Shown here: one piece after another, positions 1 to 12,000 of the stretch | How the letters are laid out: every line of letters starts with the position of its first letter | Position numbering within the stretch: position 1 is the first letter of the stretch | Assembly (NCBI GenBank): GCA_965203055.1 | Contig: OZ241863.1 | Coordinates: 4,480,001 to 4,544,000, forward strand | Direction of reading: 5' to 3' | Source: Spirochaetia bacterium | GTDB taxonomy: Bacteria > Spirochaetota > Spirochaetia > SZUA-6 > Bin103 | Length of the DNA stretch: 64,000 bases | The notes under the pieces: generated by a model | Told to the model about the DNA's origin: nothing | The model's input: only the letters and a program-made list of their open reading frames with translations | Database searches by the model: none | Made by a program: the position numbers and the translations under genes

Positions 1-1
1 G

Positions 2-3000
2 GGCGGGGTGTCGCGCGCCGGGCGGCGGGTGAGCGGCGCGCCGGGCGCGGCCATGGCGCGGACGCAATACACCTGGACGGCGACGGACGCCGACGGCGAC
101 CAGGCTGCGCTGACCTTCTACGTCACGGTGGCCGCGGACAGCGCGCCCAGCTTCGGCGAGGCCGCGATCTCCGACCTGTCCTGGCTGCAGGGCTCGCCCA
201 TCACCGAGGTCACCCTGCCCGAGGCGACCGGCGGCAACGCCCCGCTCACCTACGGGATCGCGACCCCGGGATCGACGCGGGTCGGGACGCAGGGGCTGCC
301 CCAGGGGATCGAGCTCGACGGGCGCGTGCTGAAGGGCACGCCGACCGAGGTCCAGGAGTCGTCCGACGTCGACTACGCCTGGCTGGTGGTCGACGCGGAC
401 GGCGATACGGCGGAGCTCACCTTCGACATCGAGGTGTACGCCGACCTGTTGCCGAGCTTCGGCGACGCGGCGCTCGCCGACCGGACGTGGACGCAGCGCC
501 AGGCGATTACCGCCTTCACCCTGCCGGCGGCCACCGGCGGCGACGGCGACCTGACCTATGCGCTGACGCCTGACCTGCCGGCCGGCGTGGTCCGCGACGC
601 CGCGACGCGCGAAGTTTCCGGGACGCCGACCGCGGCGCTGGCCGCGACCACCTACACCTGGGCGGCGACGGACGCTGACGGCGACACGGTGGAGCTGACC
701 TTCACCGCGGCCGTGGACGGCATCCCCACCTTCGGCGACGCGGCCATCGCCGACGTGACGTGGACGAAGGGCAAGGCGATCGATGCCTTCACCCTGCCGG
801 AGGCGGCGGGCGGCGACGGCCGGCTGACCTATACGCTGGCGCCCGATCCGCCTGCGGGCGTGGTCCGCGACACGACGACGCGCGAGGTTTCGGGCACGCC
901 GACCGGGGGGCTGGCGCGGTCCGGGTTCCGGTGGAGAGTCCGGGACGAGGACGGGGACGAGGCGGTCCTCGAGTTCCACGTCACCATCGTCATACCGCCC
1001 GCGGTGACGCTGGCCCTCTCCGCCTCGACCATCGACGAGAGCGGGACCGCAAACACGGCGACGGTGACCGCGGCGCTGGACAAGGCGTCGAGCGCGGACA
1101 CGACGGTGACGGTCGCCGCGGCCGCAGGGGCGAACGCCGCGGCCGGCGACTTCACGCTGAGTACGGCGAAGACGCTGACCATCGCCGCCGGGGCGACCAC
1201 CAGCACCGGGACGGTGACCATCGCCGCGGTGGACAATGCCAAGGACGAACACGACAAGAGCGTCATCGTCTCCGGGAGCGCGGCCAACGACGATCTGGTG
1301 ACCGGCCCGGCAAACCTGACCTTGACGATCACCGACGACGACGCTGCGCCGACGGTGTCGATAGCCGCGGCGAGCGTGACCGAGGGGCCGGCGGGTTCGA
1401 CCGCGACCTTGGCGATCCCGGTGAGCTTGAGCGCGGCGAGCGGCAAGCAGGTGACGGTGCCCTACGAAGAAGGAACGGGCGGCACCGCGACCGCGGGCAC
1501 CGACTACACGGCGTTGTCTCCCGGCTCCCTGACCATCGCCGCGGGGGAGACGAGCGGGACCGTCGACGTATCGGTGACGGGCGACGGGGACGCCGAGCCG
1601 GACGAGACGGTGAAGGTGGTCCTGACCGGCTCGGTCAACGCCGCGCTGGGGACGGCGACGGGGACCGGCACGATCGTCGACGACGATCCTTCGGCGACGT
1701 CGGCGCTGGTGCTCACGCCTTCGACCATCGACGAGAGCGGGGCCGGCAACGAGGCGAGGGTGACGGCGACGTTGTCTCAGGCGGTGAACGGGGCGACGAC
1801 GGTGACGGTCTCGGCGACGGCGGGAACCAACGCCGAGGCGGGCGACTTCACGTTGAGCACGGCGAAGACGCTGACCATCGCGGCGGGCGCGACCACCAGC
1901 ACCGGGGCGGTGACGATCACGGCGGAGGACAACGGTGACGCCGAGCTCGACAAGTCGGTCACGGTGTCGGGAACCGTGGACAACGGCAACGTGAGCGCCC
2001 CGGACGCCGTGACGTTGACGATCGCCGACGACGACCGGCCGCCGACGCCGACGCTGTTCATCGACGCGCCGAAGGTCGCCGAGGGCGGGCCGGACGATCC
2101 CATGAAGTCGAACTCGCTGACCTGGACGGTGACGTTGACGCCGGCGAGCGACCGGGAGGTGCGGGTCTCCGTCGCGCTCGACCAGGAGGCCGGCACGGCG
2201 ACGGCGGGGACGGACCACGGATATCTGCCCCGGCCGCAACTGGCGTTCTCGCCGGGGGAGACCGGCAAGAAGATATCGGTGTCGGTGCACGGCGACTCGA
2301 CGGTGGAGCCGGACGAGACGGTGGTCGTGGCGCTGAGCGACCCGGTCAACGCGGAGCTGGGCGACACGTCCGGGACCGGCACGATCCTCGACGACGATGC
2401 GCCCACGGTGACGCTGGCGGTGGCGGACAGCGCCATCGCGGAGAACGGCGGGACGACGACGGTGACGGCGACGCTGAGCGGTGCCTCTAGCGCAGCGACG
2501 ACGGTGACGGTGACGACGGTGGCCGGGTCGTACACGGTGGGGTCGGACGCGACGATCACGATCGCGGCGGGGAAGACGGCGAACGCGGCGGACAGCGTGA
2601 CGATCACGGCAGTGGACGACGAGGTGGACAACGTGGGCGACCGGTCGGTGACGGTGGCGGGGACGGCGTCCAACACGAAAGGCGTGGGGACGGTGACCGG
2701 AGCGAGCCTCACCCTCACGGATGACGAAGCGACGCCGGAGGCGGCGCTGGTGCTGAGCGCCGAGACGATCGACGAGCACGACGGGACCGACCCGGGGGTG
2801 AGTGCGGTGACCGCGGCGCTCAGCCATGCGTCGAGCAAGGCGGTGACGCTGACGGTGGCGGCGGCGCCGGGGACGAACACCGTCGCGGGGGACTTCAGCC
2901 TGTCGAGCACGAAGACGCTGACCATCGCGGCGGGAGAGACGGAGAGCACCAGCAGGGTGACGATCGGGTCGGGGGCTACCGCGGGCGCCGTGACGGTGAC

Positions 3001-6000
3001 GGCGGTCGATGACACGACGGACGCGCCGGACAAGGAAGTGACGGTAACGGCGGCGGTGGGCGGGGACAGCGGAATAGCGGCCCCGCCGAGCGTGACGCTG
3101 ACGATCGAGGACGACGAAGTGGCGCCGGGGGTGACGCTGGCGGTGGCGGACTCGTCGGTCGCGGAGGACGGCGGAACGACGACGGTGACGGCGACGCTGA
3201 GCCACGCGTCGAGCGCGGCGACCACGGTGACGGTGACGGCGGTGGAAGGGTCGTACACGGTCGGCGAGGACGCGACGATCGAGATCGCGGCGGGAGAGAC
3301 GGCGAGCGCGGCGGACACCGCGACGATCACGGCGGTGAACGACGACGTGGACAACGTGGGCAACCGCACGGCGACGGTGAGCGGCACGGCGCAGAACAGC
3401 CAGGGCGCCGGGACGGTGATCGGTGCGGCGCTGACGCTGACCGACGACGAGGCGACGCCGACCGCGACGCTGGCGCTGAGCGCCGAGACGATCGACGAGC
3501 ACGACGGGACGAATCCGGGGAAGGCGACGGTGACGGCGAGTCTGAGCCGAGCATCGAGCGAGGCGGTGACGCTGACGGTGGCCGCGGCGGCCGGGACGAA
3601 CGCGGCGGCAGGCGACTTCAGCTTGTCGGACGCCACGACGTTGACGGTTGCGGCTGGCGCGACCAGCAGCACCGGCACGGTAACGGTGACGGCGGTGGAC
3701 AACACGACGGACGCGCCGGACAAGGAAGTGACGGTAACGGCGGCGGTGAGCGGCGACAGCGGAATAGCGGCCCCGGCAAGCGTGACGCTGACGATCGAGG
3801 ACGATGAGGCGGCGCCGGGGGTGACGCTGGCGGTGGCGGACTCGTCGGTCGCGGAGGACGGCGGAACGACGACGGTGACGGCGACGCTGAGCCATGCGTC
3901 GAGCGCCGCGACCACGGTGACGGTGACGGCGGTGGACGGGGCGTACACGGTGGGGCCGGACGCGACGATAGAGATCGCGTCGGGAGAGACGGCGAACGCG
4001 GCGGACACGGTGACGATCACCGCCGTGAACGACGACGTGGACAACGTCGGCGACCGGTCGGTGACGGTGAGCGGAACGGCGCAGAACGGCCAGGGCGTGG
4101 GGACGGTGACCGGCGCGGCGCTGACGCTGACCGACGACGAGGCGACGCCGACGGCGACGCTGGCGCTGAGCGCTGAGACGATCGACGAGCACGACGGGTC
4201 GGTCGCTGGGTCGGCGACGGTGACGGCGAGTCTGGACCGGGCGTCGAGCGAGGCGGTGACGCTGACGGTGGCTGCGGCGGCGGGGACGAACGCAGCGGCG
4301 GGCGACTTCAGCTTGTCGGACGCCACGACGTTGACGGTCGCGGCCGGAGCGACCAGCAGCACCGGCACGGTGACGGTGACGGCGGTCGATGACACGACGG
4401 ACGCGCCGGACAAGGAAGTGACGGTATCGGCGGCGGTGAGCGGGGGCAGCGGGATAGCGGCCCCGGCGAGCGTAACGCTGACGATCGAGGACGACGAAGC
4501 GGCGCCGGGGGTGACGCTGGCGGTGGCGGACTCGTCGATCGCGGAGGACGGCGGAACGACGACGGTGACGGCGACGCTGAGCCACGCGTCGAGCGCGGCG
4601 ACCACGGTGACGGTGACGGCGGTCGACGGGTCGTACACGGTCGGCGAGGACGCGACGATAGAGATCGCGGCGGGAGAGACGGCGAACGCGGCGGACACGG
4701 TGACGATCGCGGCGGTGAACGACGACGTGGACAACGTCGGAGACCGGTCGGTGACGGTGAGTGGGACGGCGCAGAACAGCCAGGGCGCCGGGAGCGTGAC
4801 GGGCGCGGCGCTGACGCTGACCGATGACGAGGCGACACCGACCGCGACGCTGGCGCTGAGCGCTGAGACGATCGACGAGCACGACGGGTCGGTTGCTGGG
4901 TCGGCGACGGTGACGGCGAGTCTGGACCGAGCGTCGAGCGAGGCGGTGACGCTGACGGTGGCTGCGGCAGCGGGGACGAACGCGGCGGCTGGGGACTTCA
5001 GCCTGTCGAGCGCGAAGACGCTGAGCATCGCCGCCGGAGCGACCAGCAGCACCGGAACGGTGACGGTGACGGCGGTCGATGACACGGCGGACGCGCCGGA
5101 CAAGGAAGTGACGGTGACGGCGGCGGTGAGCGGGGACAGCGGAATAGCGGCTCCCGCGAGCGTGACGCTGACGATCGAGGACGACGAGGCGGCGCCTGGG
5201 GTGACGCTGGCGGTCGCCGACAGCGCGATCGCCGAGAACGGCGGCACCACCACGGTGACCGCCACGCTCAGCCACGCGTCGAGCGCGGCGGCGACGATCA
5301 CGGTGACGGCGGTGACGGGCGCCTACACGGTCGGCGAGGACGCGACGATCACGATTGCAGCTGGAGCGACGGCGAACGCGGCGGACACGGTGACGATCGC
5401 GGCGGTGAACGACGACGTGGACAACGTGGGCAACCGGTCGGTAACGGTGAGCGGAACGGCGCAGAACAGTCAGGGCGTGGGGACGGTGACCGGAGCGAGC
5501 CTCACCCTCACGGATGACGAGGGAGCGCCGACGGCGACGCTGACGCTGAGTGCTGAGACGATCGACGAGCACGACGGGACGAATCCGGGGAAGGCGACGG
5601 TGACGGCGACGTTGAACCGAGCGTCGAGCGAGGCGGTGACGCTGACGGTGGCTGCGGCGGCCGGGACGAACGCCGTGGCGGGCGACTTCAGCCTGTCGAG
5701 CACGAAGACGCTGAGCATCGCCGCCGGAGCGACCAGCAGCACCGGCACGGTGACGGTGACGGCGGTCGATGACACGACGGACGCGCCGGACAAGGAAGTG
5801 ACGGTATCGGCGGCGGTGGGCGGGGACAGCGGGATAGCGGCCCCCGCGAGCGTGACGCTGACGATCGAGGACGACGAAGCGGCGCCGGAGGTGACGTTGG
5901 CGGTGACCGACTCGTCGATCGCGGAGGACGGCGGTACGACGACGGTGACGGCGACGCTGAGCCATGCGTCGAGCGCGGCGACCACGGTGACGGTGACGGC

Positions 6001-9000
6001 GGTGGACGGGTCGTACACGGTCAGCGATGACGCGACGATCGAGATCGCGGCGGGAGAGACGGCGAACGTGACGGACAGCGTGACGATCACCGCCGTGAAC
6101 GACGCGATCGACAACGTGGGCAGCCGCGCGGTAACGGTAAGCGGAACGGCGCAGAACAGCCAGGGCGTAGGAACCGTGACGGGAGCAAGCCTCACCCTCA
6201 CGGACGACGAGGCGACGCCGACGGTGACGCTGGCCCTGAGCGCTGAGACGATCGACGAGCACGACGGGACGAATCCGGGGAAGGCGACGGTGACGGCGAC
6301 GTTGAACCGAGCGTCGAGCGAGGCGGTGACGCTGACGGTGGCTGCGGCGGCCGGGACGAACGCGGCGGCGGGCGACTTCAGCCTGTCGAGCACGAAGACG
6401 CTGAGCATCGCCGCCGGAGCGACGACGAGCACCGGAACGGTGACGGTAACGGCGGTCGATAACACGACGGACGCGCCGGACAAGGAAGTGACGGTAACGG
6501 CGGCGGTGAGCGGGGACAGCGGGATAGCGGCCCCGGCGGCGCAGACGCTGACGATCGAGGACGACGAAGCGGCGCCGGGGGTGACGTTGGCGCTGGCCGA
6601 CAGCGCGATCAACGAGAACGGCGGAACGACGACGGTGACGGCGACGCTGAGCCACGCGTCGAGCGCGGCGACGACGATAACGGTACAGCCGGTGACGGGC
6701 GCCTACACGGTGGGGACGGCTGCGACGATCGAGATCGCGGCGGGAGAGACGGCGAACGCGTCGGACAGCGTGACGATCACGGCGGAGAACGACGCGATCA
6801 ACAACGTCGGCGGCCAGCCGGTGACGGTGGGCGGCGCGGCGCAGAACAGCCATGGCGTGGGGACGGTGACGGGAGCGAGCCTCACCTTCAAAGGGAGGCT
6901 GGTGCTGAATCGTGAGACGGGCGAAGCGGCGCCTGGGGTGACGCTGGCGGTGGCGGACAGCGCGATCAACGAGAACGGCGGGACGACGACGGTGACCGCC
7001 ACGCTGAGTCACGCGTCGAGCGCGGCGACGACGATCACCGTACAGCCGGTGTCAGGCGCCTACACGGTGGGGACGGACGCGACGATCGAGATCGCGGCGG
7101 GAGAGACGGCGAACACGGCGGACACGGCGACGATCACGGCGGTGAACGACGACGTGGACAACGTGGGCGACCGGTCGGTGACGGTGAGCGGAACGGCGCA
7201 GAACAGCCAGGGCGTAGGAACCGTGACGGGAGCAAGTCTCACCCTCACGGACGACGAGGCGACGCCGACGGTGACGCTGGCCCTGAGCGCTGAGACGATC
7301 GACGAGCACGACGGGACGAATCCGGGGAAGGCGACGGTGACGGCGAGTCTGGATCGAGCGTCGAGCGAGGCGGTGACGCTGACAGTGACTGCGGCGGCCG
7401 GGACGAACGCGGCGGCGGGTGACTTCAGCCTGTCGAGCGCGAAGACGCTGAGCATCGCCGCCGGAGCGACCAGCAGCACCGGAACGGTGACGGTGACGGC
7501 GGTCGATAACACGGTCGACGCGCCGGACAAGGAAGTGACGGTAACGGCGACGGTGAGCGGGAACAGCGGAATAGCGGCCCCCGCGAGCGTGACGCTGACG
7601 ATCGAGGACGATGAAGCGGCGCCGGGGGTGACGTTGGCGCTGGCCGACAGCGCGATCAACGAGAACGGCGGAACGACGACGGTGACGGCGACGCTGAGCC
7701 ACGCGTCGAGCGCGGCGACGACGATAACGGTACAGCCGGTGACGGGCGCCTACACGGTGGGGACGGCTGCGACGATCGAGATCGCGGCGGGAGAGACGGC
7801 GAACGCGTCGGACAGCGTGACGATCACGGCGGAGAACGACGCGATCAACAACGTCGGCGGCCAGCCGGTGACGGTGGGCGGCGCGGCGCAGAACAGCCAT
7901 GGCGTGGGGACGGTGACGGGAGCGAGCCTCACCTTCAAAGGGAGGCTGGTGCTGAATCGTGAGACGGGCGAAGCGGCGCCTGGGGTGACGCTGGCGGTGG
8001 CGGACAGCGCGATCGCCGAGAACGGCGGAACGACGACGGTGACCGCCACGCTGAGTCACGCGTCGAGCGCGGCGACGACGATCACCGTACAGCCGGTGTC
8101 AGGCGCCTACACGGTGGGGACGGACGCGACGATCGAGATCGCGGCGGGAGAGACGGCGAACACGGCGGACACGGCGACGATCACGGCGGTGAACGACGAC
8201 GTGGACAACGTGGGCGACCGGTCGGTGACGGTGAGCGGAACGGCGCAGAACAGCCAGGGCGTAGGAACCGTGACGGGAGCAAGCCTCACCCTCACGGACG
8301 ACGAGGCGACGCCGACGGTGACGCTGGCCCTGAGCCCTGAGACGGTCGACGAGCACGACGGGGCGAATCCGGGGAAGGCGACGGTGACGGCGACGTTGAA
8401 CCGAGCGTCGAGCGAGGCGGTGACGCTGACGGTGGCTGCGGCGGCGGGGACGAACGCGGCGGCGGGTGACTTCAGCCTGTCGAGCGCGAAGACGCTGAGC
8501 ATCGCGGCGGGAGCGACGACGAGCACCGGTACGGTGACGGTGACGGCGGTCGATGACCCGACGGACGCGCCGGACAAGGAAGTGACGGTGACGGCGGCGG
8601 TGAGCGGTGACAGCGGGGTAGCCGCTCCGGCGTCGAAGACGCTGACGATCGAAGACGACGAAGCGGCGCCGGGGGTGACGCTGGCGGTGACCGACTCGTC
8701 GGTCGCGGAGAACGGCGGGACGACGACGGTGACCGCCACGCTCAGCCACGCATCGAGCGCGGCGACGACGATCACGGTACAACCGGTGTCGGGCGCCTAC
8801 ACGGTGGGGTCGGACGCGACGATCACGATTGCTGCCGGGGCGACGGCGAACACGGCGGACACGGCGACGATCACGGCGGTGAACGACGACGTGGACAACG
8901 TGGGCAACCGCACGGCGACGGTGAGCGGGACGGCGCAGAACAGCCAGGGCGTGGGAACGGTGACCGGAGCAAGTCTCACCCTCACCGATGACGAAGCGAC

Positions 9001-12000
9001 GCCGACGGCGACGCTGGTGCTGAGTCCCGAGACGATTGACGAGAACAACGGGACGAATCCGGGGAAGACGACGGTGACGGCGAGTCTGAACCGAGCGTCG
9101 AGCGAGGCGGTGACGCTGACGGTGGCCGCGGCGGCGGGGACGAACGCAGTAGCGGGCGACTTCAACCTGTCGAGCGCGAAGACGCTGAGCATTGCCGCCG
9201 GAGCGACCAGCAGCACCGGTACGGTGACGGTGACGGCGGTCGATGACACGACGGACGCGCCGGACAAGGAAGTGACGGTGACGGCGGCGGTGAGCGGGGA
9301 CAGCGGGGTAGCGGCCCCGGCGTCGAAGACGCTGACGATCGAGGACGACGAAGCGGCGCCGGGGGTGACGTTGGCGGTGGCGGATTCGTCGATTGCGGAG
9401 AACGGAGGATCGACGACGGTCACGGCGACGCTCTCCCACCCGTCGAGCGCCGCGACGACGATCACCGTACAGCCGGTGTCAGGCGCCTACACCGTGGGGT
9501 CGGACGCGACGATCACGATCGCAGCCGGGGCGACGGCGAACGCCGCGGACACGGCGACGATCACGGCGGTGAACGACGCGATCGACAACGTGGGCAACCG
9601 CACGGCGACGGTGAGCGGGACGGCGCAGAACAGCCAGGGCGTGGGAATGGTGACGGGAGCGAGCCTGACCCTCACCGACGACGAGGGAGCGCCGACCGCG
9701 ACGCTGGCGCTGAGCCCCGAGACGATCGACGAGCACGACGGGACGAATCCCGGGAAGGCGACGGTGACGGCGACGTTGAACCGAGCGTCCAGCGAGGCGG
9801 TGACGCTGACGGTGGCTGTGGCGGCGGGGAAGAACGCGGCGGCGGGCGACTTCACGTTGTCGAGCACGAAGACGCTGAGCATCGCGGCGGGAGCGACGAC
9901 GAGCACCGGAACGGTGACGGTGACGGCGGTCGACAACACGGCGGACGCGCCGGACAAGGAAGTGACGGTCACGGCGGCGGTGACCGGGGACAGCGGGGTA
10001 GCGGCGCCGGCGAGCGTAACGTTGACGATCGAGGACGACGAAGCGGCGCCGGGGGTGACGTTGGCGGTGGCGGACAGCGCCATCGCCGAGAACGGCGGGA
10101 CGACCACGGTGACCGCCACGCTGAGCCATGCGTCGAGCGCGACGACGACGATCACCGTACAGCCGGTGACGGGCGCCTACACGGTGGGGTCGGACGCGAC
10201 GATCACGATCGGGGCGGGAGAGACGTCGAACGCGGCGGACACGGCGACGATCACGGCGGTGAACGACGCGGTCGACAACGTGGGCAACCGCACGGCGACG
10301 GTGAGCGGGACGGCGCAGAACAGCCAGGGCGTGGGGACGGTGACCGGAGCGAGCCTGACCCTCACGGATGACGAGGGAGCGCCGACGGCGACGCTGGTGC
10401 TGAGTCCTGAGACGATCGACGAGCACGACGGGACGAATCCGGGGAAGGCGACGGTGACGGCGAGTCTGAACCGAGCGTCGAGCGAGGCAGTGACGCTGAC
10501 GGTGTCTGCGGCGGCGGGGACGAACGCGGCGGCGGGCGACTTCACGTTGTCGAGCACGACGACGCTGAGCATCGCCGCCGGAGCGACCAGCAGCACCGGG
10601 ACGGTGACGGTGACGGCGGTCGACGACGCGGTCGACGCGCCGGACAAGGAAGTGACGGTAACGGCGGCAGTGAGCGGGGACAGCGGGATAGCGGCCCCCG
10701 CGAGCGTGACGCTGACGATCGAGGACGATGAAGCGGCGCCGGGGGTGACGCTGGCGGTGGCCGACAGCGCGATCGCTGAGAACGGCGGGTCCACCACGGT
10801 GACGGCGACGCTGAGCCATGCGTCGAGCGCGGCGACGACGATCACGGTGCAGCCGGTGACGGGCGCCTACACGGTCGGGTCAGACGCGACGATCACGATT
10901 GCAGCCGGGGCGACGGCGAACACGGCGGACACGGTGACGATCACGGCGGTGAACGACGCGATCGACAACGTGGGCAACCGCACGGTGACGGTGAGCGGGA
11001 CGGCGCAGAACAGTCAGGGCGTGGGGACGGTGACCGGAGCGAGCCTGACCCTCACGGATGACGAGGGAGCGCCGACGGCGATGCTGGCGCTGAGTCCCGA
11101 GACGATCGACGAGCACGACGGGACGAATCCGGGGAAGGCGACGGTGACGGCGAGTCTGGATCGTGCGTCGAGCGAGGCGGTGACGCTGACGGTGTCTGCG
11201 GCGGCCGGGACGAACGCGGCTGCGGGCGACTTCAGCCTTTCGAGCACGAAGACGCTGAGCATCGCCGCCGGAGCGACGACGAGCACCGGCACGGTGACGG
11301 TGACGGCGGTCGATGACACGACGGACGCGCCGGACAAGGAAGTGACGGTAACGGCAACGGTGAGCGGGGACAGCGGGATAGCGGCCCCCGCGGCGCAGAC
11401 GCTGACGATCGAAGACGACGAAGCGGCGCCTGGGGTGACGCTGGCGGTGGCCGACAGCGCGATCGTCGAGAACGGTGGAACGACGACGGTGACCGCCACG
11501 CTGAGCCACGCATCGAGCGCGGCGACCACCATCACGGTGACCGCGGTCGACGGGGCCTACACGGTCGGGACCGACGCGACGATCGAGATCGCGGCGGGAG
11601 AGACGGCGAACGCGGCCGACACGGTGACGATCACGGCGGTGGATGACGCGATCGACAACACGGTCAACCGGACGGTGACGGTGAGCGGAACGGCGCAGAA
11701 CAGTCAGGGCGTGGGGACGGTAACCGGAGCAAGCCTCACCCTCACGGATGACGAGGGAGCGCCGACGGCGACGCTGGCGCTGAGCCCTGAGACGATAGCC
11801 GAGCACGACGGGACCGATCCGGGGAAGGCGACGCTGACGGCGACGTTGAACCGGGCGTCGAGCGAGGCGGTGACGCTGACGGTGTCTGCGGCGGCGGGGA
11901 CGAACGCGGCGGCGGGCGACTTCACGCTGTCGAGCACGACGACGTTGAGCATCGCCGCCGGGGCGACCAGCAGCACCGGTGAGGTGACGGTGACGGCGGT

